A DNA stretch of 18,917 nucleotides, taken from an uncultured bacterium. Its GTDB lineage: Bacteria > CSSED10-310 > CAZUFC01. Position numbers and translations under genes: made by a program. The notes beneath the pieces were generated by a model, which did not search any database, was not told where the DNA came from, and saw nothing but the letters and a program-made list of their open reading frames with translations. Shown piece after piece: positions 10,382-18,555 of this stretch; the stretch's first letter is position 1, and the number at the start of each line of letters is the position of its first letter. The stretch is from positions 1 through 18,917 of the forward strand of contig CAZUFC010000148.1 in NCBI GenBank assembly GCA_964619725.1, in the 5' to 3' direction.

Positions 10382-10787
10382 AGGCTCAAAAAAAGTCGAA
10401 TATTCCGAGATTAAATGATAACGAAGCTTTACGGCATTACGAAGAAGATAAATTTGAAAAATTCCTTTTAATTTAGTACATTTATAAAGAGGACAATGGC
10501 TGATGCTATTGAATAATAGCGAGTGGAAGCGATAATAAAAGCGAACATTCTAATACGCATAGAATTAAATTTATAGAACCTGTTGCGAGTATAACGCCTT
10601 GAAGGGACGTCAGCCGGGCAGTTTTGAGCTGTATATGGTTTGTTTCCGGGAAGAAAATACAGGACCATTATCCATTTTTGCCGACGGAAAAACAGGATGT
10701 CTTAACTGCTTTAAACGTATAGATATAAAACGAAAAAAGGCGGGTAAAGACAAATTGAAACAGATGAAAACAAAAAGACGGAAAAAG

Positions 10788-11906
10788 ATGTGGACTTATT
10801 TTGCTCCCGCCGAACGGGCGGATGAGAAAACGCTTTCCTTTGAGATTGACCTGGTGAGCAGGAATCCTGTCATGTCGGGTTTGTTGCATTCGGTCAACGG
10901 CGTTCTCGGCGTGCTGAACGAGCAGCGTCAATTATTGGCGCTTAATGATTCGTTTCTGCAGATACTGGGCGTAAGCGATCCGCAGAAATGTCTTGGGCTG
11001 AGACCGGGCGAAGCGCTGAATTGCATTCATGCCCATGAAGAACCGGGCGGATGCGGAACATCAAAGTTCTGCTCATCCTGCGGCGCGGCCATAGCCATCG
11101 TTTCGAGCCTGGGACAGGACCGGCCTGTTGAAAGAATGTGCGCTCTTACAGCACAAAAGGACGGAGGGACAGTCAATCTCGCACTCCTCATCAAATCTCA
11201 CCCGTTAATAATTCACGGCAAAAGATTCCTCCTCCTCTTTATTCAGGACATTACACGCTCACAAAAACGCGCCGCTCTGGAAAGGACCTTCTTTCACGAT
11301 ATTAATAATATGCTGAACGTTCTCCTGGGCTCCGCCGAATTGCTCGTCAGAGAAAACCCCTCAGCGCTCGCTGAAACGGTTCGGGATGCCGCTTTGCGGC
11401 TTCAGAAAGAAACCGCCGTTCAACGCTGCCTGATGGAAAGCGACTCATACGGTTACCCGCTTGAAAGGCAAAAAGTCAAAGCAGCGCATATACTGGATGA
11501 CCTGAGAACCTTCTTCGCCGATCACCCGACAGCATACGGAAAAAAAATGGAAATACGCGACGCTCACGCAGGCGTTTCCATCAGAACGGATAAAGCTTTG
11601 TTGTTACGCGTGCTTAACAATATGATCATTAATGCTTTCGAAGCTTCAGGTGAACACGGAACGATAAAAATATGGCTGGAAAGAAACGAAGATTTCCTTA
11701 CCTTTTGCGTATGGAATGAACAGAATATACCTTATGAAGCGGTGAACAGGATTTTTCAGCGTAATTTCAGTACCAAAAAACAGGACGGCAGAGGCATAGG
11801 CGCTTTTTCCATGAAATTGTTGGGTGAAAAAATATTGGGCGGTGAAGTGAGTTTTAAATCTTCCAGGGAGGATGGGACCGTTTTTCGTTTCGCTCATCTT
11901 TTGTAA
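10788..11906 (+). CDS. Cytoplasmic sensor histidine kinase, paralog 2
   Basis: Starting at ATG 10788 (MWTYFAPAERADEKTL) gives 372 aa, colinear with paralog 1 (MKTYFAPSERADEKTL), with the same motifs. Confidence 0.85.
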   Translation: MWTYFAPAERADEKTLSFEIDLVSRNPVMSGLLHSVNGVLGVLNEQRQLLALNDSFLQILGVSDPQKCLGLRPGEALNCIHAHEEPGGCGTSKFCSSCGAAIAIVSSLGQDRPVERMCALTAQKDGGTVNLALLIKSHPLIIHGKRFLLLFIQDITRSQKRAALERTFFHDINNMLNVLLGSAELLVRENPSALAETVRDAALRLQKETAVQRCLMESDSYGYPLERQKVKAAHILDDLRTFFADHPTAYGKKMEIRDAHAGVSIRTDKALLLRVLNNMIINAFEASGEHGTIKIWLERNEDFLTFCVWNEQNIPYEAVNRIFQRNFSTKKQDGRGIGAFSMKLLGEKILGGEVSFKSSREDGTVFRFAHLL

Positions 11907-12010
11907 ACAGCTCCTTTTCAGGCTTGGTTGTATCTGTCGAAGCGGCAATTGAACGGTTCGATCGGCCGGCGGGCGGCGACGGAAAAATACTCAAGGGCCG
12001 AAAAAAAATC

Positions 12011-12039
12011 TTGACTTTCGCCCTTTGTTCGCTTATAAC
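12011..12039 (+). promoter_or_regulatory. sigma70 promoter of the lexA operon
   Basis: TTGACT-17 nt-TATAAC; the spacer is occupied by the putative LexA box. Confidence 0.8.
12015..12032 (+). promoter_or_regulatory. Putative LexA operator, copy 1 (CTTTCGCCCTTTGTTCGC)
   Basis: Contains TTTC-N7-GTTC, matching the GTTC-N7-GTTC direct-repeat box of Alphaproteobacteria/Acidobacterium. Lies between the -35 and -10 of lexA. Confidence 0.75.
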
Positions 12040-12050
12040 GAAAGACAGGG

Positions 12051-12068
12051 GCGAACAAAGGGCGAAAG
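12051..12068 (-). promoter_or_regulatory. Putative LexA operator, copy 2 (inverted)
   Basis: GCGAACAAAGGGCGAAAG is the exact reverse complement of copy 1, just downstream of the predicted TSS. Confidence 0.75.
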
Positions 12069-12144
12069 AGTTCGCCCCGAAGTGCGGCGCGATGAACCGA
12101 GGCGTCGCCGGAAAGAGTGAATTATCGGGAATGGAGGCGATAAG

Positions 12145-12750
12145 ATGTATTTAACGAAGCGGCAGAGGGAGCTTTTGGATTTCATTAACCGTTACATGGA
12201 GCGGCATGATTATGCTCCGACATTGAATGAGATAGCGGAGCATTTGGGTCTTTCGTCGTTAGCGACGGTGCACAAGCATTTAAGCAATCTGGAGAAGAAG
12301 GGTCTGATCCGTCGCGACTGGAACCGTGAGCGATCTATTGAGCTGCGGAGGCCGGAGAGCCGGGGCGGCGGATTTGAGGCGCCGGTATTGGGCCGGATAG
12401 CGGCGGGTCGGCCGATAGAGGCGGTAAAGGATGCGGAGACGATTTCATTGCCTGAGTCGATGTTGGGACGCGGGAACACGTATGTGCTTCAGGTGAAGGG
12501 CGATTCGATGGTGGACGAGGGTATTCTGGACGGTGATTACGTGATAGTGGAGAGCCGGGAGAGTGCGGAGAACGGCGAAGTGGTGGCGGCTCTTATCGGC
12601 GGCGAGGAGGCGACGTTGAAGAAGTATTATCGCGAGGGAGGCCGTGTGCGGTTGCAGCCGGCGAACCGGGAGATGTCGCCGATATATGTGGAAGAGTCGG
12701 AATTGAAGATACAGGGAGTGGTTATAGGTTTATTGCGCAAATTCCGGTAG
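12145..12750 (+). CDS. lexA: LexA SOS repressor
   Basis: N-terminal wHTH (LTKRQ..LDFI...PTLNEIAEHLGL.S.ATVHKHL..LEKKG), Ala-Gly cleavage site (IAAGRP), catalytic Ser (GDSM) and Lys (ATLKK). GGAGG RBS. Confidence 0.97.
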   Translation: MYLTKRQRELLDFINRYMERHDYAPTLNEIAEHLGLSSLATVHKHLSNLEKKGLIRRDWNRERSIELRRPESRGGGFEAPVLGRIAAGRPIEAVKDAETISLPESMLGRGNTYVLQVKGDSMVDEGILDGDYVIVESRESAENGEVVAALIGGEEATLKKYYREGGRVRLQPANREMSPIYVEESELKIQGVVIGLLRKFR

Positions 12751-12760
12751 GGAATTTTGA

Positions 12761-13939
12761 ATGGACGGTCGAGTCATGAAGACGATATTACATCTTGACA
12801 TGGATGCTTTTTTCGTATCGGTGGAATGTTTGTTGAATCCCAGGTTGAAGGGACGTCCCGTTGCGGTGGGAGGCAGCGGGAACCGCGGTGTGGTGAGTTC
12901 GGCATCGTATGAGGCGCGGCGGTATGGCGTACGTTCGGCCATGCCGACGGCGCGGGCGCGGCATCTTTGTCCGGAGCTGATAGTGGTTTCCGGCCGGCAC
13001 GGTCGTTACGGGGAGTATTCCCGGCGGGTGAGGAGCATACTGGAGCGTTACAGTCCGTATGTTCAGATGGTTTCCATAGACGAGGGATATGTTGATCTGA
13101 CGGGAACGGAGCGATTGTTCGGGCCGCCTTTTCAGGTAGGGACGAAGATATTGAAGGAGATCAGGGATGAGACGGGATTGCCGGCTTCCGGCGGCATAGC
13201 GGGGAACAGGACAACGGCCAAGATAGCTTCGGAGACGGCCAAACCGTCCGGTTTAATTTACGTTTTACCGGGCAAGGAAGGCGCTTTTCTGGCGCCGTTG
13301 CCCGTCCGTGAGATGCCGGGGGTCGGGCCTAAAGCGGCGGAGACGCTGAACCGTCTCGGAGTGAAAACCATAGGGAATATGGCGGCGTTGGGAGAATCGT
13401 TGGCGGTTCATGTTTTGGGCGATTACGGTCGCTCACTGGTAAGGCGCGCCAGAGGTCTCGGCGGCGATTCATTCCATGCGCACGAACCCTGCAAGTCCAT
13501 CAGTCACGAGGTCACCTTTCCGGTTGACGTAGGCGCTCGCAGCGAATTGCGGAGCGAACTGTGCCGGCTGGTGGAAAAAACCGCCTGGCGGCTCAGGAAA
13601 AAGAAAATGAGGGCTCGAACCGTCACTTTGAAACTAAGGACCCCTGACTTCAAAACATATACGCGCTCCAGGACCTTGCGGCGCCCCACCGATCTGGATT
13701 GCGTCATATTTCCCATCGCATGTGAGATGATGGATCGTCTCTTAGAGGGCCGCCGGCGGGTCAGGCTCATCGGAACGGCTCTCAGCAATCTGACGGCGGA
13801 AGGCGTGCAGAGGGATTTGTTTCTGGAGGAAAGAATAGAAAAATACGAACGTTTTTACCAGAGCGTCGACGCCGTGAGGGAACGGTATGGTTTTCAGGCT
13901 GCGGCGGCGGGCACGGCGACGCGTTGCTCGGCAAAATAA
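12761..13939 (+). CDS. dinB: DNA polymerase IV (Y-family), catalytic motifs intact
   Basis: ILHLDMDAFFVSVE, SASYEARRYGVRSAMP, SIDEGYVD, AKIAS..KPSG, PGVG, clamp motif QRDLF. Alternative ATG at 12776. Confidence 0.93.
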   Translation: MDGRVMKTILHLDMDAFFVSVECLLNPRLKGRPVAVGGSGNRGVVSSASYEARRYGVRSAMPTARARHLCPELIVVSGRHGRYGEYSRRVRSILERYSPYVQMVSIDEGYVDLTGTERLFGPPFQVGTKILKEIRDETGLPASGGIAGNRTTAKIASETAKPSGLIYVLPGKEGAFLAPLPVREMPGVGPKAAETLNRLGVKTIGNMAALGESLAVHVLGDYGRSLVRRARGLGGDSFHAHEPCKSISHEVTFPVDVGARSELRSELCRLVEKTAWRLRKKKMRARTVTLKLRTPDFKTYTRSRTLRRPTDLDCVIFPIACEMMDRLLEGRRRVRLIGTALSNLTAEGVQRDLFLEERIEKYERFYQSVDAVRERYGFQAAAAGTATRCSAK

Positions 13940-13956
13940 AAAGGAGGAAATTCATT

Positions 13957-14136
13957 GTGAAAAACAAAAAGGAAAAAATATGGAAGCTTCAACTGCGTTA
14001 CGGGATATGGTTAACGGCTTTAAAGATTGCGGCATGCCTGTCTCCGGCGAGACAGAAAAACAAAAGAAAAAAACTTCAGGGAAAAAACGAATTATTGACG
14101 ACCGGCGCGCTGATAAGGCCCCGGCTTTTTTTCTGA
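13957..14136 (+). CDS. Possible small basic protein (59 aa), uncertain
   Basis: AAGGAGG (13941-13947) 9 nt before GTG. Product is Lys-rich with one hydrophobic stretch; no family recognised. Confidence 0.25.
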   Translation: MKNKKEKIWKLQLRYGIWLTALKIAACLSPARQKNKRKKLQGKNELLTTGALIRPRLFF

Positions 14137-14142
14137 CCGCAG

Positions 14143-14160
14143 CTTTCGCCCTTTGTTCGC
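14143..14160 (+). promoter_or_regulatory. Putative LexA operator, copy 3
   Basis: 18/18 identical to copy 1, 34 nt upstream of ATG 14195. Confidence 0.75.
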
Positions 14161-14194
14161 CTTTTCGGGGCGCAAAAGAAGGGTTGGGAGAACG

Positions 14195-15385
14195 ATGGAG
14201 GTTTCTGTGGCGAGAGGAAAGGAGAGGCATATAATACATGTGAACCCGGACGATTATTATGCTTCGATATTGAGGAACCTGGATAGGGGATTGCGGAAGC
14301 GCCCCGTCATTGTGGGATATCCTTCGAATCGAGGAGGAGTGGTATCGGCTTCTTATGAGGCGCGAGAAGAGGGTGTATGTCCGGGATTAAGCGTAAGCCG
14401 TGCGACCAGGTTGTGTCCGTCGGCGATTTTTGTGCCGGTAGACTGGCGGTTGTTCAACCGGGTATCGGATGAGCTGTTTCGGATACTGAACAGGTTCAGT
14501 CCTTTGGTGGAGAAGAGTGCGCTGGATGAGGCGTATATAGATTATACGGGAAGCGGTCGTTTATTCGGAGCGCCGGCGGATTTTTCCATGCGATTGAAAG
14601 AGAGGATAAAGGAGCAGTTGGGGCTGGATGCATCGATAGGGCTGGCGAAGAACAAGCTGGTGAGTCGGGCGGCATCGAGCGTCGCAAAGCGTGATAAGAT
14701 GCTGGAGGTATTTCCGGGATATGAAGGAACTTTTCTGGCGCCTTTGCCGTTGACGAGGCTTCCGGAGGTGGATGATCCGACAGCGGCTCATTTTCGGGAT
14801 TTAGGCATAGAAAGAATCGGGGATTTAAGGCGTTTCCCCGGGGATTTATTGACGCGGGCATTCGGAATATTGGGCGAGAGATTGAAGGATTGGCGATGGG
14901 GTATCGACCGGACTCCGGTGAAACGGATTTCAAAAGAGGAATGTCTGGAGGAGACGCGGGTATTGGAAACGGATACGGTGGAAAAGAGGGTATTGGAATA
15001 TGAGGCGGCTCAACTGTCGGAAAGTGCGGGGAAAAGGTTGCGGTCGGAAAAGCGAACGGCATTGAAGGGTGATTTGACGATTGTTTATGCGGATTTCATG
15101 CAGGCGCGACGATGTTTCCGGTTCAGCGAAGCCACGGATTTAGACGGAGAGATTTATGAAGCTGCGGTGAATGCATTGTGGAAAGCATTCAGCCGCAGGG
15201 TAAGGATCAGGCAGATGAGTATCCGATTAAGCGGTTTGCGATACGGCGGTTTTCAGGGGGATTTGTTCTCTCTGGGCGACCGGCAGAAGAAGCGAACCTT
15301 ATGTTTTACGGTAGATGAGATAAGAAAGAAGTACGGCGACGGCAAGTCCCGGTTGATCGGCTGGGGTCGTTCGTTCATGCATTGA
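14195..15385 (+). CDS. Second Y-family polymerase homolog (DinB/ImuB-like), probably catalytically impaired
   Basis: HIIHVNPDDYYASI (first catalytic Asp is Asn), SASYEAR, ALDEAYID, clamp motif QGDLF, C-terminal VDEIRKKYG. ATG 14195 follows GGGAG; the track's TTG 14153 lies inside the operator. Confidence 0.85.
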   Translation: MEVSVARGKERHIIHVNPDDYYASILRNLDRGLRKRPVIVGYPSNRGGVVSASYEAREEGVCPGLSVSRATRLCPSAIFVPVDWRLFNRVSDELFRILNRFSPLVEKSALDEAYIDYTGSGRLFGAPADFSMRLKERIKEQLGLDASIGLAKNKLVSRAASSVAKRDKMLEVFPGYEGTFLAPLPLTRLPEVDDPTAAHFRDLGIERIGDLRRFPGDLLTRAFGILGERLKDWRWGIDRTPVKRISKEECLEETRVLETDTVEKRVLEYEAAQLSESAGKRLRSEKRTALKGDLTIVYADFMQARRCFRFSEATDLDGEIYEAAVNALWKAFSRRVRIRQMSIRLSGLRYGGFQGDLFSLGDRQKKRTLCFTVDEIRKKYGDGKSRLIGWGRSFMH

Positions 15386-15504
15386 AGGGTATGTGATGAA
15401 GCGAATCGCCTGCAGCTTGAGTGCGTTTGATGATGCGTTTTAGGAGAACGGCAATGTCCGCGATTTATCAGCCGACATACAAATGAAAATGAGGAACCGG
15501 CGTC

Positions 15505-18500
15505 ATGTTCGTTCATCTTAGTTTACATTCAAATTTTTCGCTTCTGTCCGGCGCAAGCCCGGTGGAGGATATGGTCCGGGCTGCGGTTGAGCGGGGGTAC
15601 GGGGCGATGGCTTTAACCGACGTAAACGGTTTGTATGCGGCTGTTCCGTTTCAGAGCGCCTGCAATGCGATGGGGGTTAAGCCTATTTTCGGTGCGGACG
15701 TGAGGCGCAAGGACAGCAGGGCAATAATACTGGCGAAGAACCGCAGCGGATACGGGGAGCTTTGTCGTCTTATCACTTCACGGCATTTGGACGATCAATT
15801 CGACATGATCGCATCGACTGCGGCTTTATCGGACGATGTAATCATCCTGTCGCATGATGAAAAGACGCTGGAGGGGTTGGCCGGGCGAAAAAACGTTTAT
15901 GTGGAGCTGAACCGGTTTTCGGACGATATTGAAGGCAAGCAGGAAGTCCGTCGTCGTATGCGATTGGCCGGACGTTTGAATCTGCCGCCGGCCGCGACGA
16001 ACGATGTGCATTTTATCGATCCCGACGGGTATCGAATACATCGTATTTTGTCGGCCGTAAGATTGAACGCGACGGTGGGGATGCTTCCTGAAGGAGATAT
16101 CGCTCACAGGCAGGCCTGGTTGAAAACCAGGGCCGCGATGGAAAAACTCTTTGAGGAGGTGCCGGAGAGTCTGAAAAACGTGCAAAGAATCCAGGAAAGC
16201 TGCAATGTGGACCTAGAGCTGGGTAAAAGAAAGCCGCCGCGGTTTAGTCTTCCTGCCGGGGAGACAGCTTTTTCATATTTATGTCAACTGTGTTTTGAGG
16301 GGCTGAGGGAGCGATATCGTCCTATTCCGAAGGCGGCTTTTGATGCGTTGAACCGTGAATTGGACGTGATCAACAGGATGGACCTGGCGGAATATTTCCT
16401 GATTTGCTGGGACATCGTTCGTTTTGCCAGGGAAAAAAAGATGCCCTGCCTGGGAAGAGGCTCGGCAGCCAACAGCATTGTCTCTTATTGTTTATATATA
16501 ACTCATGTGGACCCGTTAAAGCACAATCTGTTTTTTGAGCGTTTTCTGAATGCTGAGAGAACTTCTTTGCCTGATTTTGATATCGACTTTGGAACGGATG
16601 ACAGGGAGGAAGTATTTCGTTATGTATTCGACAAATTCGGGGAGGATCACGTGGCTATGATCTGCACTTACAGCGCTTTTCGGGCTCGTTCAGCGGTTCG
16701 TGAGATCGCTAAGGCGCTGGGGATTCCCGAAACGGAAGTGGGTGATTTTGCGAAGCGTTTGCCGTTTTATGCTTTCCCGGACGAGCACATTGAGGCGAGA
16801 ATTCAGGAACGTCCTGAGAGCAGGGATTTGAATATAAAAAAGGAGCCTTTTCGTTCTATATTGAATCTGGCTAAAAAGATATCGGGTTTTCCGAGACATC
16901 TGGCGGTCCATCCCTGCGGCATCGTCATTTCGCCGAATCCCATTACCGATTACATGCCGTTGCAGCGCGGCGAGAAAGGTCTGGTGATCACTCAATGGTC
17001 CATGTATCCGGTTGAGGATGCAGGCTTAATCAAAATAGACCTGCTGGGGCAGAAGGGACTGGCCGTTTTGACGGATACTATTCGGGCGGTCCGGAAGGGA
17101 GGCGTGCATGTGCCGGACCCGGCCCGGATCGATTACGTCAATGACCGGAAAACGAAAGAGTGGATGAAGGAGGGAAAGACGGAGGGATGTTTTTATATTG
17201 AGTCGCCTGTGATGATCCAGTTGATTCGTCAGGCCCGTTGCGATGATTTCGAGGTATTGACGGCATTGTCTTCTATTATAAGGCCGGGCGTTTCCAATTA
17301 CGGAGGAAAAAATCAGTACTTGCGGAGGCTGTTGAACCTGGAAAAAACCACGTTCCTTCATCCGGCCCTGCAACCCATATTGAAAGACACCTACGGCTGC
17401 ATGATCTACCAGGAGCAGGTGATACAGGTTGCCGCCAGGATCGCGGGTATGTCCCTGGCCGAAGCCGACGGTCTGCGACGGTGCATGTCCAAAAAAAGAA
17501 ACTGGGAAAAAATGGATAAATACAAGAAAAGTTTTATACAAGGCGGATTGCAAAAAGGCATTCCACGAAAAATACTGGATGAAATTTACAGGCAGATTGA
17601 ATCCTTCGCGGGATATGCTTTTTGTAAAGCTCATTCAGCCTCTTTCGCAGTAGAATCCTTTGAAAGCATGTACTGGAAATGCCATTACCCCGCAGAATTC
17701 ATGGCTGCTGTCCTCACGAACAAAGGAGGATACTACAGCCAGGAAGAATATACGGAAGAAGCGCGCAGACTCGGATTGAAAATACTTCCCCCGTGCGTCG
17801 GTAAAAGCGAGAAAGCTTTTACGGGCCATAAGAACAGTCTCCGGATAGGTTTAATGCAGATACGGAATTTGCAGGACAAGACGGTAAAAAGGATCATTAA
17901 CGAAAGAAAAAAGCGACCGTTTCAATCGGAACTTGATTTTTTTCAGAGAATATTGCCGCAGAAAGATGAAGCTGTTGCATTGGCCATGAGCGGCGCGTTG
18001 AAAATTTTCGGAAAGACGAGACCGGAATTGATGTGGGTGATCGAGATTCTTTACGGAAAAAACAAGGGGAACCCTGAGCCGTTACTGATGAAGGAAATTC
18101 AGTTGGACGTCATAAAAAAGATTCCGGAATTGCCGGATTATGACTGGAAGAAGAAAATGCTGCTGGAGGCCGAATACCTGGGACTCTTTGTTTCCCGCCA
18201 TCCGTTGCGTTTATTTTCGGAAAAAATCGAAGCGATAAAGAAAAAGCGGCCTGTTACCCAGGCCGTTGACCTGGGAGAGTATAACGGAAGAAGCGTATAT
18301 TGCCTGGGTTGGAAAGTTACGGGGAAGCAGACCAGGACGAAAGAAAAGAAAGAACTGATGCAGTTTACGGTTTTTTCCGATCAGTCCGGGCGATTCGAAG
18401 TGACGCTTTTTCCGAAAAAATACAGGGAGTTAGCCTGGGAATTGCATAAAGGCAAAGGTCCGTTTTTGATAAAGGGCAAGGTCGAAGTGCAGTTCGGCTG

Positions 18501-18537
18501 TCCCAATCTCATTGCGGAAAATTTAAAATTAATGTGA
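15505..18537 (+). CDS. dnaE2: Error-prone DNA polymerase III alpha subunit (DnaE2-type C-family polymerase)
   Basis: PHP domain (HSNFSLLSGAS, ALTD, ATNDVH), GRGSAANS, FERFLN.ER..LPDFDIDF, GFPRHL..HP.G, KIDLLG, YQEQV, GYAFCKAHSASFA, GYYS, terminal OB fold. 1010 aa, in an SOS cassette. Confidence 0.88.
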   Translation: MFVHLSLHSNFSLLSGASPVEDMVRAAVERGYGAMALTDVNGLYAAVPFQSACNAMGVKPIFGADVRRKDSRAIILAKNRSGYGELCRLITSRHLDDQFDMIASTAALSDDVIILSHDEKTLEGLAGRKNVYVELNRFSDDIEGKQEVRRRMRLAGRLNLPPAATNDVHFIDPDGYRIHRILSAVRLNATVGMLPEGDIAHRQAWLKTRAAMEKLFEEVPESLKNVQRIQESCNVDLELGKRKPPRFSLPAGETAFSYLCQLCFEGLRERYRPIPKAAFDALNRELDVINRMDLAEYFLICWDIVRFAREKKMPCLGRGSAANSIVSYCLYITHVDPLKHNLFFERFLNAERTSLPDFDIDFGTDDREEVFRYVFDKFGEDHVAMICTYSAFRARSAVREIAKALGIPETEVGDFAKRLPFYAFPDEHIEARIQERPESRDLNIKKEPFRSILNLAKKISGFPRHLAVHPCGIVISPNPITDYMPLQRGEKGLVITQWSMYPVEDAGLIKIDLLGQKGLAVLTDTIRAVRKGGVHVPDPARIDYVNDRKTKEWMKEGKTEGCFYIESPVMIQLIRQARCDDFEVLTALSSIIRPGVSNYGGKNQYLRRLLNLEKTTFLHPALQPILKDTYGCMIYQEQVIQVAARIAGMSLAEADGLRRCMSKKRNWEKMDKYKKSFIQGGLQKGIPRKILDEIYRQIESFAGYAFCKAHSASFAVESFESMYWKCHYPAEFMAAVLTNKGGYYSQEEYTEEARRLGLKILPPCVGKSEKAFTGHKNSLRIGLMQIRNLQDKTVKRIINERKKRPFQSELDFFQRILPQKDEAVALAMSGALKIFGKTRPELMWVIEILYGKNKGNPEPLLMKEIQLDVIKKIPELPDYDWKKKMLLEAEYLGLFVSRHPLRLFSEKIEAIKKKRPVTQAVDLGEYNGRSVYCLGWKVTGKQTRTKEKKELMQFTVFSDQSGRFEVTLFPKKYRELAWELHKGKGPFLIKGKVEVQFGCPNLIAENLKLM

Positions 18538-18555
18538 AAGAAAAGAGGCTGCAAG

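Noticed and set aside
10599-10787. N-terminal extension of kinase 2 in the ORF track
   Set aside because: The paralog aligns from ATG 10788 and gives an identical length; the extension is A-rich intergenic-like sequence.
2253-11906. Diversity-generating retroelement (repeat pairs as TR/VR)
   Set aside because: No reverse transcriptase in the window, and differences between repeats and paralogs are not adenine-specific.
11924-12154. 76-aa ORF upstream of lexA
   Set aside because: Runs across the lexA promoter and operators; no protein features.
14038-14066. Hairpin as a rho-independent terminator
   Set aside because: Followed by an A-run on the plus strand and has no downstream U-tract on either strand.
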